Assembly (NCBI GenBank): GCA_964291495.2
Contig: OZ219871.1
Location: 448,001-512,000, forward strand
Direction of reading: 5' to 3'
Origin: Dehalococcoidia bacterium
GTDB lineage: Bacteria; Chloroflexota; Dehalococcoidia; UBA2979
Length of the DNA: 64,000 nt
Below the pieces are notes generated by a model, which saw only the letters and a program-made list of their open reading frames with translations, did not search any database and was not told the DNA's origin. Every line of letters begins with the position of its first letter. The stretch's first letter is position 1. Below are positions 37,499 to 47,838 of this stretch, in pieces. The position numbers and the translations under genes were made by a program.

Positions 37499-38902
37499 CT
37501 ACCCGATGCGCACGCGCCCGTACGAGTAACGGTAGCGCTCCTGCGGGCGGTCCGGAATCGAGATCGCGACGATCAGCGGTCCGAGCCGCCCGACGAACAT
37601 CAAGGCGGTCATCAGGATGACGCCCGGCGTGGAGAGCTCACCCGTGCTGCCCATCGACCAGCCGACGTTGGCGAGGCCGGACATGACCTCGAACAGCAGC
37701 TGGACGAACGGTCCGTCCTCGAACCTCAGCAGCAGCGACAGCCCGCCGGCGAGCAGGAAGACGCCGAGCAGCGTGACGGCCGTCGCGCGCAGCACGATCG
37801 CCTGCGGGATCTCGCGCCCGAAGACCTGCGCGCTGTGCCTGCCGCGGAGGGCGGAGAGGATCACGACGAGCGAGACCATGAAGGTCCCGATCTTGATCCC
37901 GCTCGCGGTGGAGGTGGACGCGCCGCCGATGAACATCAGCGGCAGCAGCATCGCGATGGTTGGATCCTGCAACGAGGCGATTTCGATCGTCGACATGCCG
38001 GTCGTGCGGTTGACGGCGAGGAAGTAGATGTTCGCGAGCGCCTCGAAGGGGTTGAGGCCGCTGAGCGGATTGCCCGCGCGCAGCTCGATGCTCGCGAACA
38101 CCAGCATGGCGATCAGCTGTATCGCCGCCATCCCGATCACGACCAGCCGCGTGTCGAGCGACCAGCGCCGCGGGCGCACTCGCAGGTTGAAGACAGTGAT
38201 GAAGGACAGGCTGCCGAGGAAGGCGGCAGTCCCCATCACGATGATCGGATAGGGCTCGTCGACCTGCCCGCTGAACCCGCGGCCCCCGCCCATCAGATCG
38301 AAGCCCGCGCAGTTGGAGGCGGAAATGGCGTGGAAGAAGGCCCGCCAGATCGCCGGGGCGGCGTCCCATTTCGTCAGCGACCAGGGCAGCAGCAGCAGGA
38401 ACGTCACGGCCTCGAGCGTGAAGACGAACAGTGCCGCGCGGCGCAGCAGGCGGCGCACGTCGCGCTCGGCGTCCCCCATCAGCTCGATGCCGAAGAAGTC
38501 GCGGCCGCGCAGGCCGAACTGCCCGCCGACGAAGAGGATCAGCATCCCCGCGTACATCGTGACGCCGAGCCCGCCGAGCTGGATCAGCACGACGACGACG
38601 AGCTCTCCGAAGAAGCTGAACTGGTCGGCCGTGTCGAAGCGCACGAGGCCGGTGACGCAAATCGCCGAGGTCGCGGTGAAGAGGGCGTCCCAGCCGTTGG
38701 TCCACTCACCGGACTCGGAGGAGATGGGCAGCGAGAGCAGCAGCGCGCCCAGCCCGATCAGCACGGCGAAGGCGGCGGGCACCATCCAGGGCCGGGGACG
38801 GAGGTTGCGCCGCTGGATCGCGGCGACGCGCACCGTCTCCGAGCGACGCCGCGCGCGCCGGACCACCCTGTCGCCGGGGAGCCTGCCTCCGAGACGCCTC
38901 AT
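37499..38902 (-). CDS. trkH: TrkH/KtrB cation transporter
   Basis: FTATSAICVTGL, IQLGGLG, FIGGASTSTASGIK, MFVGRLGP. Confidence 0.9.
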   Translation of the reverse strand: MRRLGGRLPGDRVVRRARRRSETVRVAAIQRRNLRPRPWMVPAAFAVLIGLGALLLSLPISSESGEWTNGWDALFTATSAICVTGLVRFDTADQFSFFGELVVVVLIQLGGLGVTMYAGMLILFVGGQFGLRGRDFFGIELMGDAERDVRRLLRRAALFVFTLEAVTFLLLLPWSLTKWDAAPAIWRAFFHAISASNCAGFDLMGGGRGFSGQVDEPYPIIVMGTAAFLGSLSFITVFNLRVRPRRWSLDTRLVVIGMAAIQLIAMLVFASIELRAGNPLSGLNPFEALANIYFLAVNRTTGMSTIEIASLQDPTIAMLLPLMFIGGASTSTASGIKIGTFMVSLVVILSALRGRHSAQVFGREIPQAIVLRATAVTLLGVFLLAGGLSLLLRFEDGPFVQLLFEVMSGLANVGWSMGSTGELSTPGVILMTALMFVGRLGPLIVAISIPDRPQERYRYSYGRVRIG

Positions 38903-39049
38903 GCGCGCCTGGCCTTGTCTGCCGGCCCCCGCCGGCCTGCTCGAACCAGCCTACGCCTGCGGCGCGCTGGGCGCAGCAGTCTGAGCGGGCATCCGCGTTG
39001 ACAGATCGCCGCCGCGCGGCGACCGTGCTGCGGGCGGAGGGACAGGCAC

Positions 39050-39892
39050 ATGGGCAAGCTCGACGGACGGGTCGCGCTCGTCACCGGGGCGAGCCGCGGC
39101 ATCGGCGAATCGATCGCCGCACGCTTCGCGGCCGAGGGCGCACGCGTCGTCTGTGTCGCCCGCACGCTGAGCGAGGGCGACCACCAGCTCGAGGGCTCGC
39201 TGGAGCGCACGGTCGCCGCGATCGGCGAGGCCGGGGGCGAGGCAGCGGCCGTCGCCGCCAACATCTCCGAGGTCGACGAGTGCCGCCGCGTGGTGGCCGA
39301 GGCGGAGCAGGCCTTCGGCCCGGTCGACGTCCTCGTGAACAACGCCGCGGCGAACTATTTCGCGCCGGTCGCGGAGATCCCGGAGCGGCGCTGGCAGCGC
39401 GTCTTCGCGGTCAACGTGCACGCCCCGTTCCTGCTCGCGCAGAGCGTGCTGCCCGGGATGATCGAGCGCGGCGGCGGCGCGATCGTGAACATCGGCTCCG
39501 GCGGCGCGATCGGCCCCGGCCGCGGCCCCTACCCCACGGTCGCCGAGGGCCGCGCCGTCCTCTACGGCTCGACCAAAGCCGCGCTTGAGCGCTTCACGCA
39601 GGGGCTGGCCGAGGAGGTCGAGCGCCACGGCGTCGCCGTCTCCTGCGTCTCGCCCTCCGAGCCCGTGCGGACACCAGGCGCGCTGTTCCACCTCGAAGTC
39701 TCCGGGATGGGCGACAAGGGCGCACCCGTCGACTACATGGTCGAGGCTGCGCTGCTGCTGGCGACGGAGCCGCTCGAGCGGGTGAGCGGGCTCGTGACCT
39801 ACGACCAGCGACTGCTCAAGGAGTACGGCCTGCTCGCGGACGCGAAGGGCACCGGCGTCACGAGTCCGGGCTCGGGCTACTCGGACAGCTAG
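39050..39892 (+). CDS. SDR family oxidoreductase
   Basis: TGASRGIG, LVNNAA, YGSTK. Confidence 0.9.
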   Translation: MGKLDGRVALVTGASRGIGESIAARFAAEGARVVCVARTLSEGDHQLEGSLERTVAAIGEAGGEAAAVAANISEVDECRRVVAEAEQAFGPVDVLVNNAAANYFAPVAEIPERRWQRVFAVNVHAPFLLAQSVLPGMIERGGGAIVNIGSGGAIGPGRGPYPTVAEGRAVLYGSTKAALERFTQGLAEEVERHGVAVSCVSPSEPVRTPGALFHLEVSGMGDKGAPVDYMVEAALLLATEPLERVSGLVTYDQRLLKEYGLLADAKGTGVTSPGSGYSDS

Positions 39893-39898
39893 GCAGAT

Positions 39899-40357
39899 CT
39901 AGCCGCTCCGCGGGCTCAGCCGCACGAGCGGGATCTCGCGCGGGTGGGCCTCCGCGATCATCTCGTCGTAGCGCGGGTAGGCGCGCGCGGCGATCGGCCA
40001 GAGCCGCTCGCGATCCTCGCCCTCGATCAGCGAGGCGAGCACGGGGATGCGACGGCGCCGCACGTAGACCCAGGCGTGCGGATCGGCGAGCAGGTTGTGA
40101 AACCAGGCGGGGTGGCGCGGGCTCCCACCGATCGAGCCGACGACGAAGTAGTCGTCGCCGTCCTCGAAGTAGAAGAGGGGCGACTCGCGCAGCTCGCCGC
40201 TGTGGCGCCCGATGCTCACGAGCAACAACGTCGGCACGTAGGGCACACCGATGCGCCTCGTGACGTGGCGGCTGAGCAGCGAGTACCCGGTGTAGCGCAC
40301 CAGCACCCGCTCCACGCGCGCGCGGATGCGGAGCAGGTCGAGCAGCGCGATCAGCAT
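39899..40357 (-). CDS. deazaflavin (F420)-dependent nitroreductase family (Ddn-like)
   Basis: GRHSGELRESPL, GSIGGSPRHPAWFHNL, REIPLVRL. Confidence 0.88.
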   Translation of the reverse strand: MLIALLDLLRIRARVERVLVRYTGYSLLSRHVTRRIGVPYVPTLLLVSIGRHSGELRESPLFYFEDGDDYFVVGSIGGSPRHPAWFHNLLADPHAWVYVRRRRIPVLASLIEGEDRERLWPIAARAYPRYDEMIAEAHPREIPLVRLSPRSG

Positions 40358-40437
40358 CCAGGCCCCTCACGCGGGTTGCGGCTATTGTGGCATGGACCTG
40401 GCCCGGGCTCGGCCCGGTACGACGATTCTGAGGCCTC

Positions 40438-40899
40438 ATGAGCAACGCCACACACTTCCGCGCACGCGCCATCGCCCGCCTGAGGGCGTCGACGATCTAC
40501 TGGATCGCGACGACGCGGCCGGACGGACGGCCGCACTCGATGCCCGTCTGGGGTGTCTGGGTGGACGGGGCGCTCTGGTTCGGCACGTATGGGCAGAAGG
40601 TCCGCAACCTCGAGCACGTCCCGTACGCCGTCGCCCACATCGAGAGCGGCGAGGACGTCGCGATCATCGAGGGGCCGGTCGAACGGCTGGATCTCGCGGC
40701 TGCACCCGCGGCCGTGGTCGCTGCCTACCGCGAGAAGTACGTCGACCCGACGACGGGCGGGCCGTTCGAGCTCGAGGCCGCGACGGAGTCGGGGGATGAC
40801 AGCTGGCTCTACATGCTCCGCCCGCGCATCGGCCACGCTTGGGTCGAGGGCGCCTACCTGGAGACGCAGACACGCTGGACCTCCGGGGACGGCTCGTAG
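40438..40899 (+). CDS. pyridoxamine 5'-phosphate oxidase-like split beta-barrel protein
   Basis: WIATTRPDGRPHSMPVW, KVRNL. Confidence 0.85.
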   Translation: MSNATHFRARAIARLRASTIYWIATTRPDGRPHSMPVWGVWVDGALWFGTYGQKVRNLEHVPYAVAHIESGEDVAIIEGPVERLDLAAAPAAVVAAYREKYVDPTTGGPFELEAATESGDDSWLYMLRPRIGHAWVEGAYLETQTRWTSGDGS

Positions 40900-40979
40900 C
40901 GACCCGGCCCTGCGAGCGCATCGACGCCCCGCGCGCCGGAGCGTAGCCTGACCGGCGCGCGGAGGGGGCGCGAGGCGCG

Positions 40980-42002
40980 ATGAAGGTCTACGCGGGCATC
41001 GGGACGCACACGCCGTTCGCCGACATCGAGGCGCACGTACGCCGCGTCGAGGCGCTCGGCTACGACGGCATCAAGGTGCCGGAGACGGTCAACGACGGGA
41101 TGATCACCGCCGCGCTCGTCGCCGAGCACAGCGAGCGGTTGCGCATCGTGACCAGCATCATCCTCGCCTTCCCGCGCGCGCCGATGCAGCTCGCCTACAG
41201 CGCCTGGGGCGTACAGCAGCTCGCCGCGGGCCGCCTCAACCTCGGCCTCGGCACGCAGGTGAAGGGCAACATCGAGGGCCGTTACGGCGTGCCGTGGACG
41301 CCTCCGATCCCGCGCATGCGCGAGTACCTGCAGCTGCTCAGTGAGATCTTCGGCGCGTTCCAGTCCGGCGAGGGCGTGCGCTTCGAGGGCGAGCAGTACC
41401 GCATCACGCGCCTGCAGCCGCGCTTCAACCCCGGCCCGATCGACTACCCGGCGCCCTCGCTCTGGCTGGGCGCGGTGAACCCGGCGATCTGCCGCCTTGC
41501 CGGCGAGCTGGCGGACGGCGTGCTCACGCACCCGACGAACTCCAGCCCTCGCTACCTGCGCGAGGTGACGCTCGCCAACATCGCCGAGGGCGCGAAGCGC
41601 AGCGGTCGCGACCCGTCGGAGGTCGAACTGATTCCGAGCCTGCAGATCCTGACCGGCGCGACGCAGGCGGAGATCGACCGGCAGCGCGAGGTGGTCCGCG
41701 ACTCGATGGGGTTCTGGTACTCGACCCCGCCCTACTGGCCGACGCTACAGATCCACGGCTGGACGGACCTCGGCCCGGAGCTGCGCGAGCTGACGCGGGC
41801 GGGCAAATGGGGCGAGCTGTCCTCGCTGATCAGCGACGAGATGATCGACACGCTGATGCCGCAGGGCACGTACGACTCGATCGCCGAGACCATCCTCGAG
41901 TGGTACGGGGACATCGCGGACGGCGTCACGTTCCCGCTGCCGGAGGATCCCGCCCGGGACGAGCAGGTCGCGCGCGTGATCGAGCGGTTGCAGGCGGCAT
42001 AG
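40980..42002 (+). CDS. probable F420-dependent LLM oxidoreductase (TIGR03617-like)
   Basis: AFPRAPM, LGLGTQVKGNIEGRYG, RMREY, ADGVLTHP, YSTPPY. Confidence 0.85.
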   Translation: MKVYAGIGTHTPFADIEAHVRRVEALGYDGIKVPETVNDGMITAALVAEHSERLRIVTSIILAFPRAPMQLAYSAWGVQQLAAGRLNLGLGTQVKGNIEGRYGVPWTPPIPRMREYLQLLSEIFGAFQSGEGVRFEGEQYRITRLQPRFNPGPIDYPAPSLWLGAVNPAICRLAGELADGVLTHPTNSSPRYLREVTLANIAEGAKRSGRDPSEVELIPSLQILTGATQAEIDRQREVVRDSMGFWYSTPPYWPTLQIHGWTDLGPELRELTRAGKWGELSSLISDEMIDTLMPQGTYDSIAETILEWYGDIADGVTFPLPEDPARDEQVARVIERLQAA

Positions 42003-42022
42003 GAAGAGGACGGAGGCAGACG

Positions 42023-42415
42023 ATGCAGCTTTCAGGGGACGACCGGACGGCGATCCAGGACCTGGTCTCTCGCTACAACATGGCGCACGACACGGACGAC
42101 GTGGACGGCTGGCTCGACACCTTCACCGAGGACGCCACGTTCATCACCGGCCGCAGCCGCCGCGAGGGCCACGGGGAGCTGCGCGACTTCTTCCTGCACG
42201 GCGGCGAGCGGCTGCCGAACGTCCGCCACATCACCTACAACTCCGTGTTCGAGCCGATCGAGGGCGAGAGCGAGCGCGTGCTGATGCACTCGGACCTGCT
42301 GGTCTTCCGCGCCGACGACCCCCCGGTGCTGGTGCTGACGCGGCGCTACCACGACACGCTGCGCCGCGACGGCGGCGAGTGGCGCTTCGAGCGCCGCGAG
42401 ATCACCGCGGACTGA
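42023..42415 (+). CDS. NTF2/SnoaL-like protein
   Basis: DRTAIQDLVSRY, FTEDA, RH, YHDTLRRDGGEWRF. Confidence 0.85.
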   Translation: MQLSGDDRTAIQDLVSRYNMAHDTDDVDGWLDTFTEDATFITGRSRREGHGELRDFFLHGGERLPNVRHITYNSVFEPIEGESERVLMHSDLLVFRADDPPVLVLTRRYHDTLRRDGGEWRFERREITAD

Positions 42416-42484
42416 CGACCACCCTCGCCGCACGTACGCGCCGAGCTCCCTCGTATACTCCCGGGGCGACCGAGGAGGGCTGGC

Positions 42485-43312
42485 ATGTTCGCGACGATCG
42501 GGCACACCTTCGAGTTGATGAAGATGAGCTGGCGCGTCCTGATGCTGGACCGCGAGCTGATCCTGTTCCCGATCATGTCGGGCATCGCGGTGCTCGTGCT
42601 GGTCGCCGTGATGGCCGGCATCGGCTTCTCCGTGGGCACCTTCGATCGCGCCGCGGCCGAGGGGGCGGAGGAGTCGCTCGGAATCGTGGACGCTGTGCTC
42701 GGGCTGGTCTTCGTCTTCGTCTCCTCGGCGCTCGTGATCTTCTTCAACGCGGCGCTGGTCGCCGCGGCGCTCGAGCGGCTGCGAGGCGGCGACCCGAACA
42801 TCGGCTCCGGGCTGCGCGCCGCCTCCGCGCGCCTGCCGCAGATCCTCGCCTGGGCGCTGATCTCGGTGATCGTCTCGATCATCCTGCAGGCGCTGCGCGA
42901 GCGCGGCGGCATCGCCGGCCAGGTCGCATCGTGGATCGGCGGCGTGGCCTGGAGCCTTGCCACCTTCTTCGTCATCCCGGTCCTGGTCGCCGAGGGCGTC
43001 GGGCCAATCGAGGCGATCAAGCGCTCGGCCGGGCTGCTGCGCCAGACCTGGGGCCGTCAGATCGCCGCCAGCTTCGGGTTCGGACTCGTGAGCATCCTCG
43101 CCGTGATCCTCGCCATCATCCCCGCCGCGATCCTCTTCTTCGTGCATCCGATCCTCGGCATCGCCGTCGGCGTACCGCTGGTCGCGCTCGCGATCGGCAC
43201 GGTTTCCGCCCTCGAGGGTATCTTCAAGGCAGCGCTCTACGACTTCGCGAACGGCGAGACGCCGCACGGCTTCGACCGCTCGACGCTCGCGAACGCCTAC
43301 CGGGCGATGTAG
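42485..43312 (+). CDS. membrane protein (DUF6159-like)
   Basis: SWRVLMLDRELILFP, FFNAAL, AIKRSAGLLRQTWG. Confidence 0.75.
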   Translation: MFATIGHTFELMKMSWRVLMLDRELILFPIMSGIAVLVLVAVMAGIGFSVGTFDRAAAEGAEESLGIVDAVLGLVFVFVSSALVIFFNAALVAAALERLRGGDPNIGSGLRAASARLPQILAWALISVIVSIILQALRERGGIAGQVASWIGGVAWSLATFFVIPVLVAEGVGPIEAIKRSAGLLRQTWGRQIAASFGFGLVSILAVILAIIPAAILFFVHPILGIAVGVPLVALAIGTVSALEGIFKAALYDFANGETPHGFDRSTLANAYRAM

Positions 43313-43424
43313 CCCCCGGGAGCGACCGCTCGGCAGCCCCTCCGCCGCCGGGCGGCTATGATCGCCGCGGCTCCGCGCCGGCCCAGGGCTGCGCATCGCG
43401 AGCCGCGCGGCGAGAGGCCCCGAG

Positions 43425-44732
43425 GTGGCGATGCAGCCCTCCACGGAGAGCGACGCCCCGGTCACGTCCGGCGCGCCCCTTGCCACCCCCGAGGACATTG
43501 ACGACGCGGCGGCCAGCGTCTCGTTGTGGGGGCCGCTGCGCAGCCGCGACTACCGCTGGTTCCTGCTCGGCGGGCTCACCTTCTCCGGCTCGCTCTGGGT
43601 CGGCATCACGGCTGTCGGCTGGGTCGCGCTCGAGCTGACCGGCTCGCCCTCGGGGGTGACGCTCGCCAGCGCTGTCTGGTTCTCGCCGTTCGTCGTGCTG
43701 GCGCTGCCGGCCGGCGTGCTCGCCGACTCGATGGACCGCCGCTGGCTGATGATCGTCCTGCGAGGGCTCTCGGCGGTGCTGATGGTCGCCGGAGCCCTGA
43801 TCGCCTTCAGCGGACAGCTGACGTACCCGCTGCTGCTGGTGCTCGCCGCCTGCAACGGCGCGCTGATCATCATCGAGATGCCTGCCCGCCAGGCTTACAT
43901 CGCGATGCTGGTGCCACGCGGCCAGCTGGTGAACGCGATGGCGATGCTGTCCAGCGAGGGCAGCGTCTCGCGCGTCGCCGGCCCGCTGCTCGCCGGCATC
44001 CTGCTCGACGAAACCGGCGCGGGCGGCGCGTTTCTCGCCTTCGCAGTGCTCTGCCTGATGATCATCGTCTTCACGTTGCGGATCCGCACCCCGGGGCGTG
44101 TCGTACGGGAGCGCGCGCCCGGAGCGGCCGCAGGCCGCATGCACCGCGAACTGATGGAGGGCCTGCGGCACCTCGCCGGGCACCCCGACGCGAGGGCGGT
44201 CGTGACGCTCGCCATCCTCGCCGGCACGGTCTCGTGGGTGTACGTCACGCTGCTGCCGGTGATGACGAAGGACGTCTTCGATGGCGACGCACGGCTGCTC
44301 GGCACGCTCAGCGCGGCGATCGGCATCGGGCAGGTGCCGTCGGCGGTGCTGCTCGCGTTCTACCGCGACTTCCGCCACACCGGCATCGCCTACATCGCCT
44401 CGATGCTCACGCTCGGCCTCGCGATCGTCGGCTACGCCGTCTCCACCTCCGTGCCGCTGACGCTGGGGCTGCTCGCGCTCACGGGGCTCACCTTCTCCAG
44501 CCAGCACATCATGCTCAACGCGATCCTGCTGAGGATCGTGGAGCCGCGCTTCCACGGCCGCGTGCTCGGCGCGATGTTCCTCCCCTGGGGGTTCAACGTG
44601 CTCGGCCTGCTCTCGGCGGGCGCGATCGCCGAGGCGCTTGGTGTGCAGCTCGCCGTCGGCATCTCCGGCGCGCTGCTCGTGACCTTCGCGTGCGGCGCCG
44701 TGCTGCTGCGCCCGCAACTGCTGCGCATCTGA
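43425..44732 (+). CDS. MFS transporter
   Basis: GVLADSMDRR motif A, PARQA, about 12 TM segments. Confidence 0.9.
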   Translation: MAMQPSTESDAPVTSGAPLATPEDIDDAAASVSLWGPLRSRDYRWFLLGGLTFSGSLWVGITAVGWVALELTGSPSGVTLASAVWFSPFVVLALPAGVLADSMDRRWLMIVLRGLSAVLMVAGALIAFSGQLTYPLLLVLAACNGALIIIEMPARQAYIAMLVPRGQLVNAMAMLSSEGSVSRVAGPLLAGILLDETGAGGAFLAFAVLCLMIIVFTLRIRTPGRVVRERAPGAAAGRMHRELMEGLRHLAGHPDARAVVTLAILAGTVSWVYVTLLPVMTKDVFDGDARLLGTLSAAIGIGQVPSAVLLAFYRDFRHTGIAYIASMLTLGLAIVGYAVSTSVPLTLGLLALTGLTFSSQHIMLNAILLRIVEPRFHGRVLGAMFLPWGFNVLGLLSAGAIAEALGVQLAVGISGALLVTFACGAVLLRPQLLRI

Positions 44733-44819
44733 GCCCGGCCCGAGGGACGCCCGAACCCGCCGCGCACGCCCTCGATGCGCTAAGGTCGCTCGCGGAGCGA
44801 ACGCGGGAGGGGACGCGCG

Positions 44820-45659
44820 ATGGATGACTTCGCGGGCAAGGTCGCCGTCATCACCGGCGCCGCGAGCGGCATGGGCCGCGCCTACGCGCGCCGCTTCTCC
44901 GCCGAGGGCATGAGCGTCGTGCTCGCCGACATCGACACGGACGGCCTCGATCGCCTCGTCGCCGAGCTGCGCGAGGCGGGGCGGGACGCCAGCGGCGTGG
45001 TCGCCGACGTGACGGACCCGGACTCCGTCGAGGCGCTCGCCGAGGCGGCGTTCGCGCGCCACGGCGGCGTGCACGTGCTGAGCAGCAACGCCGGAGGAAG
45101 CGGCGACACGCGCGGGCCGATCTGGGAGAACACGCAGGAGCAGTGGGAGTTCGTCTTCGGCCTCAACATGTACGGCGTGGTGAACGGGATCCGCTCGTTC
45201 GTGCCGCGCATGATCGCCATGGACGAGGAGGCGCACGTCGTCAACACCTCCTCGATGTCCGGAATCGTCCCCGGCGGCCTGATCTACGGGGCAGCCAAGC
45301 ACGCCGTGGTGAGCATCAGCGAGACGCTTTACCTGCAACTGCGCCGCCGCAACCTGAAGGTGCACGCGCACGCGCTGTGCCCGTGGTTCGTGAAGACCTC
45401 GCTCACCTCGCGCAGCGACGATCCCCGCGCCGTCTCCGCCTACGAGGGCGCGATCCAGCCCGAGGACGTGGCCGAGGCGGTGGTGCAGGCGCTGCGCGAC
45501 AACCGCTTCTACATCCTCCCCCAGCACGATCTCGACGAGTTGATCCTCGCCCGCGCGCAGAACATCGTGGCCGAGAGCGAGCCCGCCTCCCTTACACCCT
45601 GGGAGGCGAGCGCGAGCGTGCGCAGCGGCAGTGGCGTCAGCGACGCGATCAGGAGGTAG
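44820..45659 (+). CDS. SDR family oxidoreductase
   Basis: TGAASGMG, SNAG, YGAAK. Confidence 0.9.
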   Translation: MDDFAGKVAVITGAASGMGRAYARRFSAEGMSVVLADIDTDGLDRLVAELREAGRDASGVVADVTDPDSVEALAEAAFARHGGVHVLSSNAGGSGDTRGPIWENTQEQWEFVFGLNMYGVVNGIRSFVPRMIAMDEEAHVVNTSSMSGIVPGGLIYGAAKHAVVSISETLYLQLRRRNLKVHAHALCPWFVKTSLTSRSDDPRAVSAYEGAIQPEDVAEAVVQALRDNRFYILPQHDLDELILARAQNIVAESEPASLTPWEASASVRSGSGVSDAIRR

Positions 45660-45661
45660 CG

Positions 45662-46099
45662 ATGAGCGAGTACATCCCGAGCCCGCGCGACTGGGTCGCC
45701 GAGCAGGTCGAGGTCTACGAGGGCAGCAACGGCCGCGAGGGCACGACGCTGCGCGAGACCGGGCTGCCCTGCATCATCGTGACGTGCCGAGGGCACAAGA
45801 CCGGCGCGATTCGCAAGGTGCCGCTGATGACGGTCGCCGACGGCGACGGCTACGTGCTCGTCGCCTCGGTCGGCGGCGGGCCGAAGCACCCGCTCTGGTA
45901 CTACAACCTGCTCGCCGACCCGGAGGTGGAGATCCGCGACGGCGAGCGCGTGCAGCCGATGCGGGCGTGCCTCGTCGAGGACGCGGAGGAGCGGGCGCGC
46001 CTCTGGGAGATCGCAGTCGCGGCCTACCCGCCGTACGAGGAGTACCAGGGGCGCACGGAGCGCGTGATCCCCGTCTTCCGCGCTGAGCCTGTCGGGTAA
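45662..46099 (+). CDS. deazaflavin (F420)-dependent nitroreductase family (Ddn-like)
   Basis: YIPSPRDWVAEQV, GHKTGAIRKVPLM, HPLWYYNL, RVIPVF. Confidence 0.9.
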   Translation: MSEYIPSPRDWVAEQVEVYEGSNGREGTTLRETGLPCIIVTCRGHKTGAIRKVPLMTVADGDGYVLVASVGGGPKHPLWYYNLLADPEVEIRDGERVQPMRACLVEDAEERARLWEIAVAAYPPYEEYQGRTERVIPVFRAEPVG

Positions 46100-46189
46100 C
46101 GCAGGGCGCGGAGTCAGGGCGAGTCGCGATCCTCGATACTGGATCCGCCGGGCCGCGGGCAGTCTCGCGGCGCTGAGACGAGGCGCGAG

Positions 46190-47599
46190 ATGAGCGGCGC
46201 GATGAGCCTCCTCGACACGGTCTACCGCCAGTTCGATCAGGCGGCGAGCTTCACGGACTACGAGCCCGGCCTGCTCCAGCAGATGCGGGACTGCAACGCC
46301 GTCTACCACCTGCGCTTCCCCGTCGAGATGGACAACGGCCACGTCGAGGTGATCGAGGCCTACCGCGCGGAGCACAGCTACCACCGCCTGCCCACCAAGG
46401 GCGGCATCCGCATCAGCCCGCACGTCAGCGCCGACGAGGTGGTCGCCCTCGCGACGCTGATGAGCTTCAAGTGCGCCCTCGTCGAGGTCCCCTTCGGCGG
46501 CGCGAAGGGCGCGATCGTGCTCGACCCGCGCAGCCCCGAGGACGTTCGCAGGCGCGTGATCCGGCGCTACACGGCGGAGCTGTCGCGCAAGAACTTCATC
46601 GGGCCCAGCGTGGACGTGCCCGCCCCCGACTACGGCAGCGGCGAGCAGGAGATGGCCTGGATCGCCGACACCTACCGCCACCTCAACCCCGACGAACTCG
46701 ACCACTGGGCCTGCGTCACCGGCAAGCCGGTCACGCTGCACGGCATCCCCGGCCGCACCGAGGCGACGGGCCTCGGCGTCTGCGACGGCATCATGGAGGC
46801 GCTCGACCACCTCGACGACATGCAGAACCTTGGCCTCACGCGCGGCCTCGCGGGCAAGCGCGTGATCGTGCAGGGCCTCGGCAACGTCGGCTCCAACGCC
46901 GCCAGTCACCTGCAGGAATGCGGCGCGCGCGTCGTCGGCGTCGCCGAGTACGAGGGCGGGCTCTACACAGAGCGCGAACTCGACGTCGACGCAGTGCTGG
47001 CCTACCGCGCCGAGACCGGTTCGCTGCACGGCTTCCCCGGCGCCACCTGGATTCCCAGCTCCGCGGAAACGATCGAGCAGGACTGCGACATCCTGGTCCC
47101 CGCCGCGATCGAGGGCGTGATCACCTCGGAGAACGCGGCCCGCATCCAGGCGAAGGTGATCGCCGAGGCATCGAACGGCCCGGTCTACCCGGACGCAGAG
47201 CCGATCCTCGCCGAGCGCGGCACGCTGCTGATCCCGGACATCTACCTCAACGCCGGCGGTGTCACCGTCTCCTACTTCGAGTGGCTGAAGAACCTCTCGC
47301 ACGTCAGCTTCGACCGCATGTACAAGCGCTACGAGGAGATCTCGACGCGCCGCCTGCTGATGGCGACCGAGCAGCTCGCGGGCGGCCGCTTCAACCCCGA
47401 CCAGCTGGCCGATCTCACGCGCGGCCCCTCGGAGATCGACTTCGTGCGCACCGCGCTCGCGGAGACGATGTCCGAGGCCTACCGCGAGATGCACGAGACC
47501 TGGCGCGAGCGCGACCTCCCGGACCTGCGCACCGCCGCCTTCCTGATCGCGATCGAGCGCATCGCCTCGAACTACCTCGCCCTCGGCATCTTCCCGTAG
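46190..47599 (+). CDS. gdhA: Glu/Leu/Phe/Val dehydrogenase, glutamate dehydrogenase type
   Basis: PTKGGIR, VPFGGAKG, DVPAPD, VTGKP, QGLGNVG, NAGGVTVSYFEW. Confidence 0.9.
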   Translation: MSGAMSLLDTVYRQFDQAASFTDYEPGLLQQMRDCNAVYHLRFPVEMDNGHVEVIEAYRAEHSYHRLPTKGGIRISPHVSADEVVALATLMSFKCALVEVPFGGAKGAIVLDPRSPEDVRRRVIRRYTAELSRKNFIGPSVDVPAPDYGSGEQEMAWIADTYRHLNPDELDHWACVTGKPVTLHGIPGRTEATGLGVCDGIMEALDHLDDMQNLGLTRGLAGKRVIVQGLGNVGSNAASHLQECGARVVGVAEYEGGLYTERELDVDAVLAYRAETGSLHGFPGATWIPSSAETIEQDCDILVPAAIEGVITSENAARIQAKVIAEASNGPVYPDAEPILAERGTLLIPDIYLNAGGVTVSYFEWLKNLSHVSFDRMYKRYEEISTRRLLMATEQLAGGRFNPDQLADLTRGPSEIDFVRTALAETMSEAYREMHETWRERDLPDLRTAAFLIAIERIASNYLALGIFP

Positions 47600-47814
47600 G
47601 GGACCGTTGCGAAACCCTCTCCTCAGGGCAGCGAGCGCATCCCCTCCGGTCCCCTCTCCCCGAGGGAGAGGGTTAGGGTGAGGGAGGATCCGCTCTCTGA
47701 GTTTCGTTGCGCCTTCGGGGCTCTCGGAGGGGCGCGCGAGTCCTCCCCCTCACCCCCGCCCTCTCCCCAGGGAGAGGGGGCCGGATCGGGCTTGTGGGAG
47801 TTCGCAGGGGGCTC
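47600..47814. mobile_element. degenerate copy of the MITE-like element
   Basis: aligns by eye with 54303-54519; left end GGGACCGTTGCGAAAC; internal inverted REP pair. Confidence 0.65.
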
Positions 47815-47838
47815 CGCGCGGGCCGCGCCCCGCGCCGC

